Shown here: piece by piece, positions 43,737 through 51,799 of the stretch | How positions within the stretch are numbered: position 1 is the first letter of the stretch | Layout: each line of letters opens with the position of its first letter | Source of the DNA: Nitrosopumilus sp. | GTDB taxonomy: Archaea; Thermoproteota; Nitrososphaeria; Nitrososphaerales; Nitrosopumilaceae | Direction of reading: 5' to 3' | Assembly: GCA_965197525.1 (NCBI GenBank) | Contig: OZ240211.1 | Span: forward strand, 480,001-544,000 | Length of the DNA: 64,000 bases | The notes under the pieces: generated by a model | Databases searched by the model: none | What the model was told of the DNA's origin: nothing | Seen by the model: the letters and a program-made list of their open reading frames with translations, nothing else | Position numbers and translations under genes: made by a program

Positions 43737-45290
43737 CTATATCAGAAACAAAAATACCGAGGCAGGTATAATTACGTAATCAGTTTTAGATTCCAAATCG
43801 AGTTTTGACAAAACAATCCCGGTTTTTTTCACATCATTACGAAAGCTTGTTAATCCAGATAATTCCTTGGCGTTAATTTTTTGTCTAAACTTTACTTCGA
43901 TTGGAATTTCAATATCTCCAACTGAAAGCACGAAATCTACTTCCTTGTTGTTTTTACTCTTCCAGTAAAAGACATGGTTATGGTATTGAAAAATATGCTT
44001 TTTTGTACTCAGAGCAAAAGCTAATCTGATTAGGTGGTCGGCTACTATGCCTTCCACCATCTTTCCCTTATTTGCCTCGTCTTGTACGTACTGTAAGCTA
44101 AGATCAAAACTGTTCATTTGATCTGCCCATCCATTAAAAATATGGAGTAAAAATGGATCTCGGAAATAAAACTTCCGATCATTTTGGATTCTAGGCATCT
44201 TGTTTTTGGTACCGTATAGATACACGATTGATAAGACAAATAGATCATCTAATGTGTATGCATAGTCTGCCACAGTGTTTGGACTACCTATTGCAGATTC
44301 ACGGGAGAGATTGGTCCAAGAGGTATGGCTAGTCAAACCATTAATTATTGTTCTTCCAAATTGCCCAAGTAATGTTTCATTTTTAGATTGGCGACTCCAT
44401 TCGCCGGTAATGCCATTAAGATATTCATAGTAGATATTTTCGTCTAATATGCCGGTCGTGATCTTTTTATTAATTATGTAAGGAGTTCCTCCAGTGAGCA
44501 TATATTCATTTAACAAATCATTTAATTCATTTTGGTACGCATTAATTTTGTCAATATTTGAATGTATACTGAGATTAGTAAGATCCAGAAGAATGTTTTT
44601 CTTGTTTTGAGTACAATGTAATTTTAGATCTGAATGGAGTGATTTTAGTTCACTATTTTGCATGCAGACAAACTCAGAAAATTTCATAGGTAGCAAAATC
44701 TTATCATAGGTATCTGTTATTGTTCCCCTTCTGTTGGGTAGTCTTTCAGATGCATTCTTCAATCCAATTGCTTGTGAACCCGTAGCTACTAGTGTAACAT
44801 TGGGGATTTTATGCTGATCCACTAACCATTTGATACTTTTCTGCCAATCAATTACTGAAGTTGCTTCATCTAAAAAGATATACCGTCTATCGCTTTCTCG
44901 CAATTTTGGTGTTAATTTAAAATAAATTTCTATAACATCTACAATATCTTGTTTTGTATCATCAATGTCCAAAGAGTAATAGCATATCTGCCACGGCGAT
45001 ATTCCTTTGTCTAAAAAATCTTTGATCTGTAACATCAGTAATGTGGTTTTGCCAATTTGTCTAGGTCCACGTAGCGTATAGACTACGGTGTTAGTTGTAC
45101 TGAAATCCCACTTGATCTTATCTTTCAGTTCTGGAACATATTTCATCATAGATTTATGCCACTCGTAGATTTTTTGGTTATCGTTAATCTTGCTTGCATT
45201 CTTCCACCAAGGATTCATATCCCTTATTCGGTATTCGCTGACCATACAGGACATACTGAACGGTTCTTTATATATTACAGTCGGATCCAC
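43737..45290 (-). CDS. AAA ATPase, AAA_14 + DUF4143 family
   Basis: NPWW, GPRQIGKTT, IFLDE, TGGTP, KFYFRDP, EVDF and IPIEVK motifs. Start is GTG 45290 or ATG 45254. Confidence 0.88.
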   Translation of the reverse strand: MDPTVIYKEPFSMSCMVSEYRIRDMNPWWKNASKINDNQKIYEWHKSMMKYVPELKDKIKWDFSTTNTVVYTLRGPRQIGKTTLLMLQIKDFLDKGISPWQICYYSLDIDDTKQDIVDVIEIYFKLTPKLRESDRRYIFLDEATSVIDWQKSIKWLVDQHKIPNVTLVATGSQAIGLKNASERLPNRRGTITDTYDKILLPMKFSEFVCMQNSELKSLHSDLKLHCTQNKKNILLDLTNLSIHSNIDKINAYQNELNDLLNEYMLTGGTPYIINKKITTGILDENIYYEYLNGITGEWSRQSKNETLLGQFGRTIINGLTSHTSWTNLSRESAIGSPNTVADYAYTLDDLFVLSIVYLYGTKNKMPRIQNDRKFYFRDPFLLHIFNGWADQMNSFDLSLQYVQDEANKGKMVEGIVADHLIRLAFALSTKKHIFQYHNHVFYWKSKNNKEVDFVLSVGDIEIPIEVKFRQKINAKELSGLTSFRNDVKKTGIVLSKLDLESKTDYVIIPASVFLFLI

Positions 45291-45430
45291 TGAACGGTTC
45301 TTTATATATTACAGTCGGATCCACTGAACGGTTCTTTATATATTACAGTCGGATCCACTGAACGGTTCTTTATATATTACAGTCGGATCCACTGAACGGT
45401 TCTTTATATATTACAGTCGGATCCACTGAA
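45255..45430. repeat. Perfect 34-bp tandem repeat x5 (+6 bp)
   Basis: Unit ACTGAACGGTTCTTTATATATTACAGTCGGATCC with no spacers. Confidence 0.95.
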
Positions 45431-45574
45431 TTATTTGCCAACTTTATGATTTCCAAGGTTTGTGATCAGAGATCATGATATCTACCGTCTCGCTAGCCTG
45501 CACAAGTATTTGGCTATTCTGAATTTAATTACTTTGAGGGTAAATTGTAATTAGTAAAGAGATTACCAACTAGA

Positions 45575-47596
45575 TTACATCATGTTAGGAACTCGGATTC
45601 CAAGAAGAAACAACGCCTTCTCTAGAGTAATCTTAAAAGAGTTTACAAGACAGAGACGGGCAGATTCAAGCGAATCATCATCTAAATTCAAAACTTTGAC
45701 ATGCTCATAAAACGAATTAAATGAGACGGCCAAGTCATGAGAGTATCGTGCAATGACTTTGGGGGATAAATTGTTTGCAGCGTCACGAACTTTGAGATTA
45801 AAGAGACCTATATTTTGAATCAAATCTAGTTCAGAGGATTCTTTTAGATGAGAGAAATCAACGTCTATTGAAGGCGTTCTTTTAGATCTCTCTAAAATTC
45901 TCAATGCCCTAACAAAAGTATATTGGATGTACGGAGCAGTGTCACCATCTAAACTAAGGGATTTTTTCAGATCAAATGTGATTACCTTGTCCAAATCCTG
46001 TTTTATCATCTCATATCTCAAAGTACCAACTGAAATAGAATGTGCAATATCTTCAATCGCACTGTCAGATATATCAGGATGTCGTCTTTTAGTCTCTTCC
46101 ATCGACTTTGTTTTTAACATGTCATACATCGAATCGGCACTAACATACAGACCTTTTCTACCAGACATCTGAACTTGTTTGCCTCCGGTATCCAAGCCAA
46201 GCATCTCTGCAGTATCAGAGCTTAGTATAACTGACTCATAACCGAGATGAATGTATGAGTCAGGTGCAGATTTGAATCTATCCATTAACAATGTTATGAT
46301 CTTTTGCAATCCAGCTTGCCGTGAATCAATTACAGTGATAACGCGTGATGCAGTAAAATCTTTTTTGATATTATTAGCATCAGAGTTAACAAGACTGGTT
46401 TGCCATAAAATACGAGGGGCAGGTTGTTGTTGTTGTTGTGTTACATCATATTTGGTATAAGTGAACGGATCATCGACTAGTCCTAGTTTCCAAGCAGCGT
46501 ACGGAATGTCTTTGGCAATGTATGTTGCAGTGCCGTTACTCCTAATAATCACGGTATCAGGATTGCCATCATAAGTATTGTTAGTGTAGCGGACAGCATT
46601 GTCATCATCAACAGTATCAACAATTACGCTAGTACCACTAGTATCACCACCAGAACTATCGTGTCTCCTACTACCGCTACTGTTGCTATGACCTCGAATA
46701 ACCCAGCATCCGGTATTATCGCCCTCTGTCTCAAACTCGATTAACTTCATGGCCTTGAGCTTTTCAAATATTTGAGCCCATAGCCCCGAACGAATAATCT
46801 GAGATTCAAAGTTCAAACAGTCATAAGATACGCCCAGATTCCAGCATGTCTCAAGCTGCCCTGCCAAAACCCTTCGGGTAATCTTGTCTGCAAACCTTGC
46901 AGTATCAGAGGTTCCATCCTCTAACTCTTTGAGTATATCTCGCCTAACACTCTCAAGGCTGGGATCTTTTTCTATTTGCAAAGTAGTTTTTACATAGATG
47001 TCATCACCACAATAATGATCAAATTTTTTCTCATTAGGAGGTGTCAAATCATACTTGAGATGCATGAATCCAAGTAGAATGTCTGCCACTTGAAGTCCCG
47101 AATCATCAATGTAATTTAGTATGTTGACTTTGTAATTGGATTTTTTTAGTATTCTAGAGACCGTATCACCAATAACAATATTTCTTACATGTCCAATGTG
47201 TAATGCTTTGTTTGGGTTTACACTAGTATGTTCGACTGTAATGGTAGAGCCATTGCCAATATCAACATCGCCAAAAGTGTCAAGGTGTGATTCACAGATG
47301 ATCAATTCGTTTAGCTTGTCCCAATCAGCAAAAAAGTTGAGATATCCTGATCTATGAGCATTACTAGTCTTAACAAGTGTACTCATACAAGAGTCATATT
47401 TGTCAGATAGCATCTGGGCAATATCAAAAGGGTTTTGCTTGAGTTTCTTTGCAAGTAAAAACGCAATATTAGAGGTAACGTCACCAAAACCAGGTTTTGC
47501 AGGTTCGACTGAAAAGGAGACACCCGAGATCTCAAGATCGGATAATATCTTGTTTAGATTGTTTCGAATTTCATCAAGAATTGATTGGAACGTCAT
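45575..47596 (-). CDS. argS: Arginyl-tRNA synthetase
   Basis: VEHTSVNPNKALHIGH, RSNGTATY, MSGRKG and APYIQY motifs. Confidence 0.97.
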   Translation of the reverse strand: MTFQSILDEIRNNLNKILSDLEISGVSFSVEPAKPGFGDVTSNIAFLLAKKLKQNPFDIAQMLSDKYDSCMSTLVKTSNAHRSGYLNFFADWDKLNELIICESHLDTFGDVDIGNGSTITVEHTSVNPNKALHIGHVRNIVIGDTVSRILKKSNYKVNILNYIDDSGLQVADILLGFMHLKYDLTPPNEKKFDHYCGDDIYVKTTLQIEKDPSLESVRRDILKELEDGTSDTARFADKITRRVLAGQLETCWNLGVSYDCLNFESQIIRSGLWAQIFEKLKAMKLIEFETEGDNTGCWVIRGHSNSSGSRRHDSSGGDTSGTSVIVDTVDDDNAVRYTNNTYDGNPDTVIIRSNGTATYIAKDIPYAAWKLGLVDDPFTYTKYDVTQQQQQPAPRILWQTSLVNSDANNIKKDFTASRVITVIDSRQAGLQKIITLLMDRFKSAPDSYIHLGYESVILSSDTAEMLGLDTGGKQVQMSGRKGLYVSADSMYDMLKTKSMEETKRRHPDISDSAIEDIAHSISVGTLRYEMIKQDLDKVITFDLKKSLSLDGDTAPYIQYTFVRALRILERSKRTPSIDVDFSHLKESSELDLIQNIGLFNLKVRDAANNLSPKVIARYSHDLAVSFNSFYEHVKVLNLDDDSLESARLCLVNSFKITLEKALFLLGIRVPNMM

Positions 47597-47611
47597 AACA
47601 TATCATCATCG

Positions 47612-48307
47612 TCATAATAACAGCTGCGGCGCTAATTTATCTAATGCCTCAAGAATACCATCACCTGCATGTCCAGGTACAGTCATTGTAGCATGGGATT
47701 TTACCTGTTCTGAAGCATTACCCAATGCAATACTTGTCTTTGCCACTTGGAATAATGGAACGTCAGTTAGGCTATCGCCTATAGCTATAACGTCATCAAG
47801 AGTAATAGACATCCTATTCATAATATTAGTAAATCCAGTACCCTTGTTAATACCTAAAGAATTGATATGATACGCATAACGACTGTCAGATAATACAACA
47901 CCAATGTTACGCTCAGCTAGTATATCTCTTGCAAGGTCTAGATCAAATGTTCTCTCCAAAATAACTTCAGTCATTCGAGGAAACACAGACATCTGTCGTA
48001 CGTCATCAAGATTGCTCTGAAGTACCGCAAATGCATTTTTACACGCTGTAATATCTCCTAACAGCGTATGGCTGTTAGTGTTATCGGTAATGCATCCGCC
48101 ATTCTCACCGACTGCAATCTTTGTAGTGCCAGCAGTAACTGCAAGCAGAAAACCTTCAACGGATGAACGGCCGGTTACAAAGATGACATTGTGGCCCATC
48201 TCAGTTAAGCGTCTTAATGCTGCAAGTGCCTCAAGGTTAATTGTCATACTTTGATTGTCTTCGGTAATTGTACCATCAATATCGACTGCAAATGTCTTGG
48301 GCTTCAT
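47612..48307 (-). CDS. HAD phosphatase (phosphoglycolate phosphatase, TA0175/SPP-like)
   Basis: DIDGT, TGR, GINKG and IGDSLTD motifs. Confidence 0.9.
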   Translation of the reverse strand: MKPKTFAVDIDGTITEDNQSMTINLEALAALRRLTEMGHNVIFVTGRSSVEGFLLAVTAGTTKIAVGENGGCITDNTNSHTLLGDITACKNAFAVLQSNLDDVRQMSVFPRMTEVILERTFDLDLARDILAERNIGVVLSDSRYAYHINSLGINKGTGFTNIMNRMSITLDDVIAIGDSLTDVPLFQVAKTSIALGNASEQVKSHATMTVPGHAGDGILEALDKLAPQLLL

Positions 48308-48414
48308 ACGTATTCTTCAGAGAACCCCGATAATATCTGCTACGCTAGCAAGTAATACGGTTTTATTTGAAAAGGTTTTGTGAAGTTATCGGGAGTTATA
48401 TGTCATCCCTAAAA

Positions 48415-48422
48415 TGTATAAA
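48415..48422 (+). promoter_or_regulatory. Putative TATA box of tnpB
   Basis: TGTATAAA 22 nt before the TTG start, conserved in E1 (625-632, minus strand). Confidence 0.45.
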
Positions 48423-48444
48423 CCTCTGAACCGTAAGATATTCG

Positions 48445-49638
48445 TTGAGAGCGATAAAGTCAATATCACAGAAATATGCGCAAAACTCTGATCTAATGGA
48501 TATGATGGCTATATTCACAAAGATGGTCAATCATTGCATCAAGATAGGGTTGAAAGAAGACACTCACAATATGAAGAGGTTGTCCATGTTATGTTATCAT
48601 GAATTACGTAACTATGGCATTTTATCAACATACAAGATATGTGCAATATCAAGAGCTGCAGGCATATTATCAAACAGAAAACAATCAATCAAACGAGGTG
48701 TCAGAATAAGAGACCCAATAGTCAAAAATCCCTTTATGACAAACTGTTACGGCATAAAACACAACGGTGCACTACTAACAATCCCATACAAGAAACATAA
48801 CCCAATCAGCATTTTACTCAACGATCACACCCAAAAAATCCTATCTGATCCCGCCTTGACGGTGCGCTCGTTTTCATTGACTGCTCTCAACATCAGTCTT
48901 TGTGTTTCAAAAACAGTACAAGAGATAGAGTGCACCAAGAAGGTGGGAATAGACAGAAACCTAAGAAATGTGACGTGTGGGGACGAGGAAGAGGTGACAG
49001 TCTACAAGACAAACAAACTGTTATCCATAAAGGAGAACACAATACACGCCAGGGCAGGCTTCCACAGAAATGATCGCAGGAAGAAAAATCAGTTCTACAA
49101 GGAAAAACAGAGAAGACTGACTAACAGAGCAAAGCAGTACATCCACAGAATCTCAAAGGATATAGTAGACAACGCAGTCAAAAACAAGACTGCAATCGTC
49201 ATGGAAAACCTGAAAGGAATAAGAAAATTGTACCGAAAAGGAAACACTCAAGGTAACAAGTACAGACGTAGATTGAACGGGTGGCAATTCTACGAGTTAC
49301 AACGCCAAATAGAATACAAAGCCCAATGGGTCGGACTACCTCCAGTCGAGACAGTAGACCCAAGAAACACGAGCACGCAGTGTCCACAATGCGGAAAGAG
49401 ACTCCAAGAGGACATGCAACAACATCGTAAATTGTCGTGTAATAATTGCGGTTTGTTTATGGACAGGGACATCATCGCTGCCATGAACATATCACGCAAA
49501 CTGCCCCCTAGGTTTAGGGGTAGTAGAGGTGACATAGATGAAGCACAGTCCGGCACTTTTGAGCAGGCGATGACGGAACCCAGCACACCATTGGTAATCC
49601 GAATAGTCGATATGTCAAAGTCGAGTTATAGGGGTTAA
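48445..49638 (+). CDS. tnpB: TnpB-family RNA-guided nuclease, catalytically intact
   Basis: RuvC D (GIDRN), E (MENL) and D (DRDIIAAMNI). Zinc finger CPQCG...CNNCG. Confidence 0.93.
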   Translation: MRAIKSISQKYAQNSDLMDMMAIFTKMVNHCIKIGLKEDTHNMKRLSMLCYHELRNYGILSTYKICAISRAAGILSNRKQSIKRGVRIRDPIVKNPFMTNCYGIKHNGALLTIPYKKHNPISILLNDHTQKILSDPALTVRSFSLTALNISLCVSKTVQEIECTKKVGIDRNLRNVTCGDEEEVTVYKTNKLLSIKENTIHARAGFHRNDRRKKNQFYKEKQRRLTNRAKQYIHRISKDIVDNAVKNKTAIVMENLKGIRKLYRKGNTQGNKYRRRLNGWQFYELQRQIEYKAQWVGLPPVETVDPRNTSTQCPQCGKRLQEDMQQHRKLSCNNCGLFMDRDIIAAMNISRKLPPRFRGSRGDIDEAQSGTFEQAMTEPSTPLVIRIVDMSKSSYRG

Positions 49639-49660
49639 CTCCCGATAACTTCACAGAACC
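49505..49660 (+). ncRNA. Predicted omegaRNA region overlapping the tnpB 3' end
   Basis: A ~118-nt block (CCCTA-GGTT-TAGGG hairpin to GATATGTCAAAGTC) is conserved in E3, E4, E5 and E6. TnpB omegaRNAs are known to overlap the gene 3' end. Expression not shown. Confidence 0.5.
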
Positions 49661-49688
49661 AAAAGAATAGTAAAAAAGATGAAGATTA

Positions 49689-50804
49689 TTGGGAATTCCT
49701 GAAAAGATCAAAGCCATACAAGATGAAATGGCAAAGACGCAGATCAACAAGGCAACAGAGCACCACATAGGATTACTCAAAGCAAAGATTGCCAAGCTCA
49801 AAAGAGAACAAGAAGCAGATGCTGTCAAAAAATCAGGCATGAAGCAAGATGGATTTGATGTAAGGCGTAGCGGAGATGCGACAGTGGTATTCATAGGACT
49901 GCCAAGTGTCGGAAAATCTACACTGTTAAACAAGATGACTGGTGCTAACTCAACCATAGGGGCTTTCCAATTTACAACACTGACTGTTGTTCCGGGGATG
50001 ATGGAGTACAGGGGCGCAAAGATCCAAGTATTGGATCTGCCAGGGATCATAAAAGGTGCATCAACAGGCAAAGGATTAGGAAAGAGAATATTATCAGTTG
50101 CAAGATCAGCTGACCTAGTACTGTTGATGTTAGATGTATTTCAACCATATCACGAGGACGTGTTAATAAATGAATTAGGCAATATTGGAATAAGATTAAA
50201 CCGCCTACCACCGAACATCACAATTGAAAAAGCATCAATGGGAGGAATTGCAGTTGCGCAACAAGTAAAATTAACAAAGATCACAGAGAAACATCTCAAA
50301 GACATATTACATCTGTACGGATTGGTTAGCGCACGCGTGGTAATAAGAGAAGATATAACATCTGAACAATTGGCAGATCATATTGCAGGAAATATTAGTT
50401 ATTCAAAAGCTATCACGATACTAAACAAGATTGATCTAGTGGATAAAGTATTTCTCAATAATTTAAAAACAAAGATAAAATCAGACGTAGTAGAGGTGTC
50501 TGCAAATGCAGATATCAACATTGAACTACTCAAAGAAAAGATATATCAGAAATTAAAATTTATTAGAATATATATGAGACCCAAGGGCGGAGAGACTGAT
50601 TTTAAAGAACCGTTAATTGCAAGAGAAGGTGACACAGTTGAAGAAATTTGTAACAAACTTCATCGCAGGTTAAGAAGAGAGTTCAGATACGGTTTAGTTT
50701 GGGGCAAGAGTGTAAAGTTTGGAGGACAGCGAGTGGGATTAAGTCACATTTTAGTCGATGAGGATGTGCTCACCATAATAAAAAAGCGTGGAAGTACTGT
50801 ATAA
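49689..50804 (+). CDS. DRG/Rbg family Obg-like GTPase with TGS domain
   Basis: GLPSVGKST, FQFTTL, DLPG and NKID motifs; C-terminal TGS domain. Confidence 0.93.
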   Translation: MGIPEKIKAIQDEMAKTQINKATEHHIGLLKAKIAKLKREQEADAVKKSGMKQDGFDVRRSGDATVVFIGLPSVGKSTLLNKMTGANSTIGAFQFTTLTVVPGMMEYRGAKIQVLDLPGIIKGASTGKGLGKRILSVARSADLVLLMLDVFQPYHEDVLINELGNIGIRLNRLPPNITIEKASMGGIAVAQQVKLTKITEKHLKDILHLYGLVSARVVIREDITSEQLADHIAGNISYSKAITILNKIDLVDKVFLNNLKTKIKSDVVEVSANADINIELLKEKIYQKLKFIRIYMRPKGGETDFKEPLIAREGDTVEEICNKLHRRLRREFRYGLVWGKSVKFGGQRVGLSHILVDEDVLTIIKKRGSTV

Positions 50805-51009
50805 CTAGAAAAAATCAAGCGTATGCTGTGCTGCGTGTGCCTGTATGACACCATAACGAGAGTCTTATTCATAATTGAAAGCTCCATGTGTAGAAAAATT
50901 GTAGAAAAAATACACGATTAAAGGAGAAATTTACTTTATAATTTATAATCAAATTGTGTAAACTTTTTTAGTGTAGTAATTCAAAAATGGGAAAAAGCTC
51001 AACATTGCA

Positions 51010-51570
51010 ATGGCTATAAGAAAAACTTCTACAGCTAAACGTAGAACAGCTAAGAAAACTACTGCAAGAAAGACATCTACAAAGAAAGCAGCTCCTAGAC
51101 GAAGTGCAGCAAAGAAAGCAGCTCCTAGACGAAGTGCAGCAAAGAAAGCAGCTCCTAGACGAAGTGCAGCAAAGAAAGCAGCTCCTAGACGAAGTGCAGC
51201 AAAGAAAGCAGCTCCTAGACGAAGTGCAGCAAAGAAAGCAGCTCCTAGACGAAGTGCAGCAAAGAAAGCAGCTCCTAGACGAAGTGCAGCAAAGAAAGCA
51301 GCTCCTAGACGAAGTGCAGCAAAGAAAGCAGCTCCTAGACGAAGTGCAGCAAAGAAAGCAGCTCCTAGACGAAGTGCAGCAAAGAAAGCAGCTCCTAGAC
51401 GAAGTGCAGCAAAGAAAGCAGCTCCTAGACGAAGTGCAGCAAAGAAAGCAGCTCCTAGACGAAGTGCAGCAAAGAAAGCAGCTCCTAGACGAAGTGCAGC
51501 AAAGAAAGCAGCTCCTAGACGAAGTGCAGCAAAGAAAGCAGCTCCTAGACGAAGTGCAAAGAGACGATAA
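51010..51570 (+). CDS. Histone H1-like basic repeat protein
   Basis: 186 aa: K/R/A/T-rich N-terminus plus 16 x KKAAPRRS(AA). No acidic residues. Confidence 0.8.
   Translation: MAIRKTSTAKRRTAKKTTARKTSTKKAAPRRSAAKKAAPRRSAAKKAAPRRSAAKKAAPRRSAAKKAAPRRSAAKKAAPRRSAAKKAAPRRSAAKKAAPRRSAAKKAAPRRSAAKKAAPRRSAAKKAAPRRSAAKKAAPRRSAAKKAAPRRSAAKKAAPRRSAAKKAAPRRSAAKKAAPRRSAKRR
51081..51558 (+). repeat. Perfect 30-bp tandem repeat x15.9
   Basis: Unit AAAGAAAGCAGCTCCTAGACGAAGTGCAGC, identical in all copies. Confidence 0.95.
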
Positions 51571-51799
51571 ATTCGTTAACACAATTAACAATCATCGGAC
51601 AAACGACGGATTGTTTTCTATTTTTCTAAATGACTCAGTATTAACTATAAAGTATTAAACTCGATTTTAGTTTTTTAAGATTTGTAATCATAAAATTTTA
51701 AAAAATTATTAATTATCAAACATATGACAGAATCAATAATTATAGAGATATTGCATATTGCATATTTTTGATGAATAGTTTATTGTTTGAAGAAGCACG

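Larger units (their letters stand above)
48374..49660 (+). mobile_element. Complete TIR-bounded tnpB-only element E5 (1,287 bp)
   Basis: 25-bp TIRs, 24/25 identical (48374-48398 and 49636-49660). The only ORF is tnpB. Inserted between divergent genes. Confidence 0.92.

Noticed and set aside
45255-45430. 34-bp repeats as a CRISPR array
   Set aside because: Head-to-tail with no spacers.
48370-49664. AAAA on both sides of E5 as a target-site duplication
   Set aside because: AT-rich context, and E3, E4 and E6 show no duplication.
50968-51658. Alternative-frame ORFs (QQRKQLLDEV)n and (CCTSSRSCFL)n
   Set aside because: By-products of a stop-free 30-bp repeat. Only the 51010 frame has a compositionally matching N-terminus and a stop right after the repeat.
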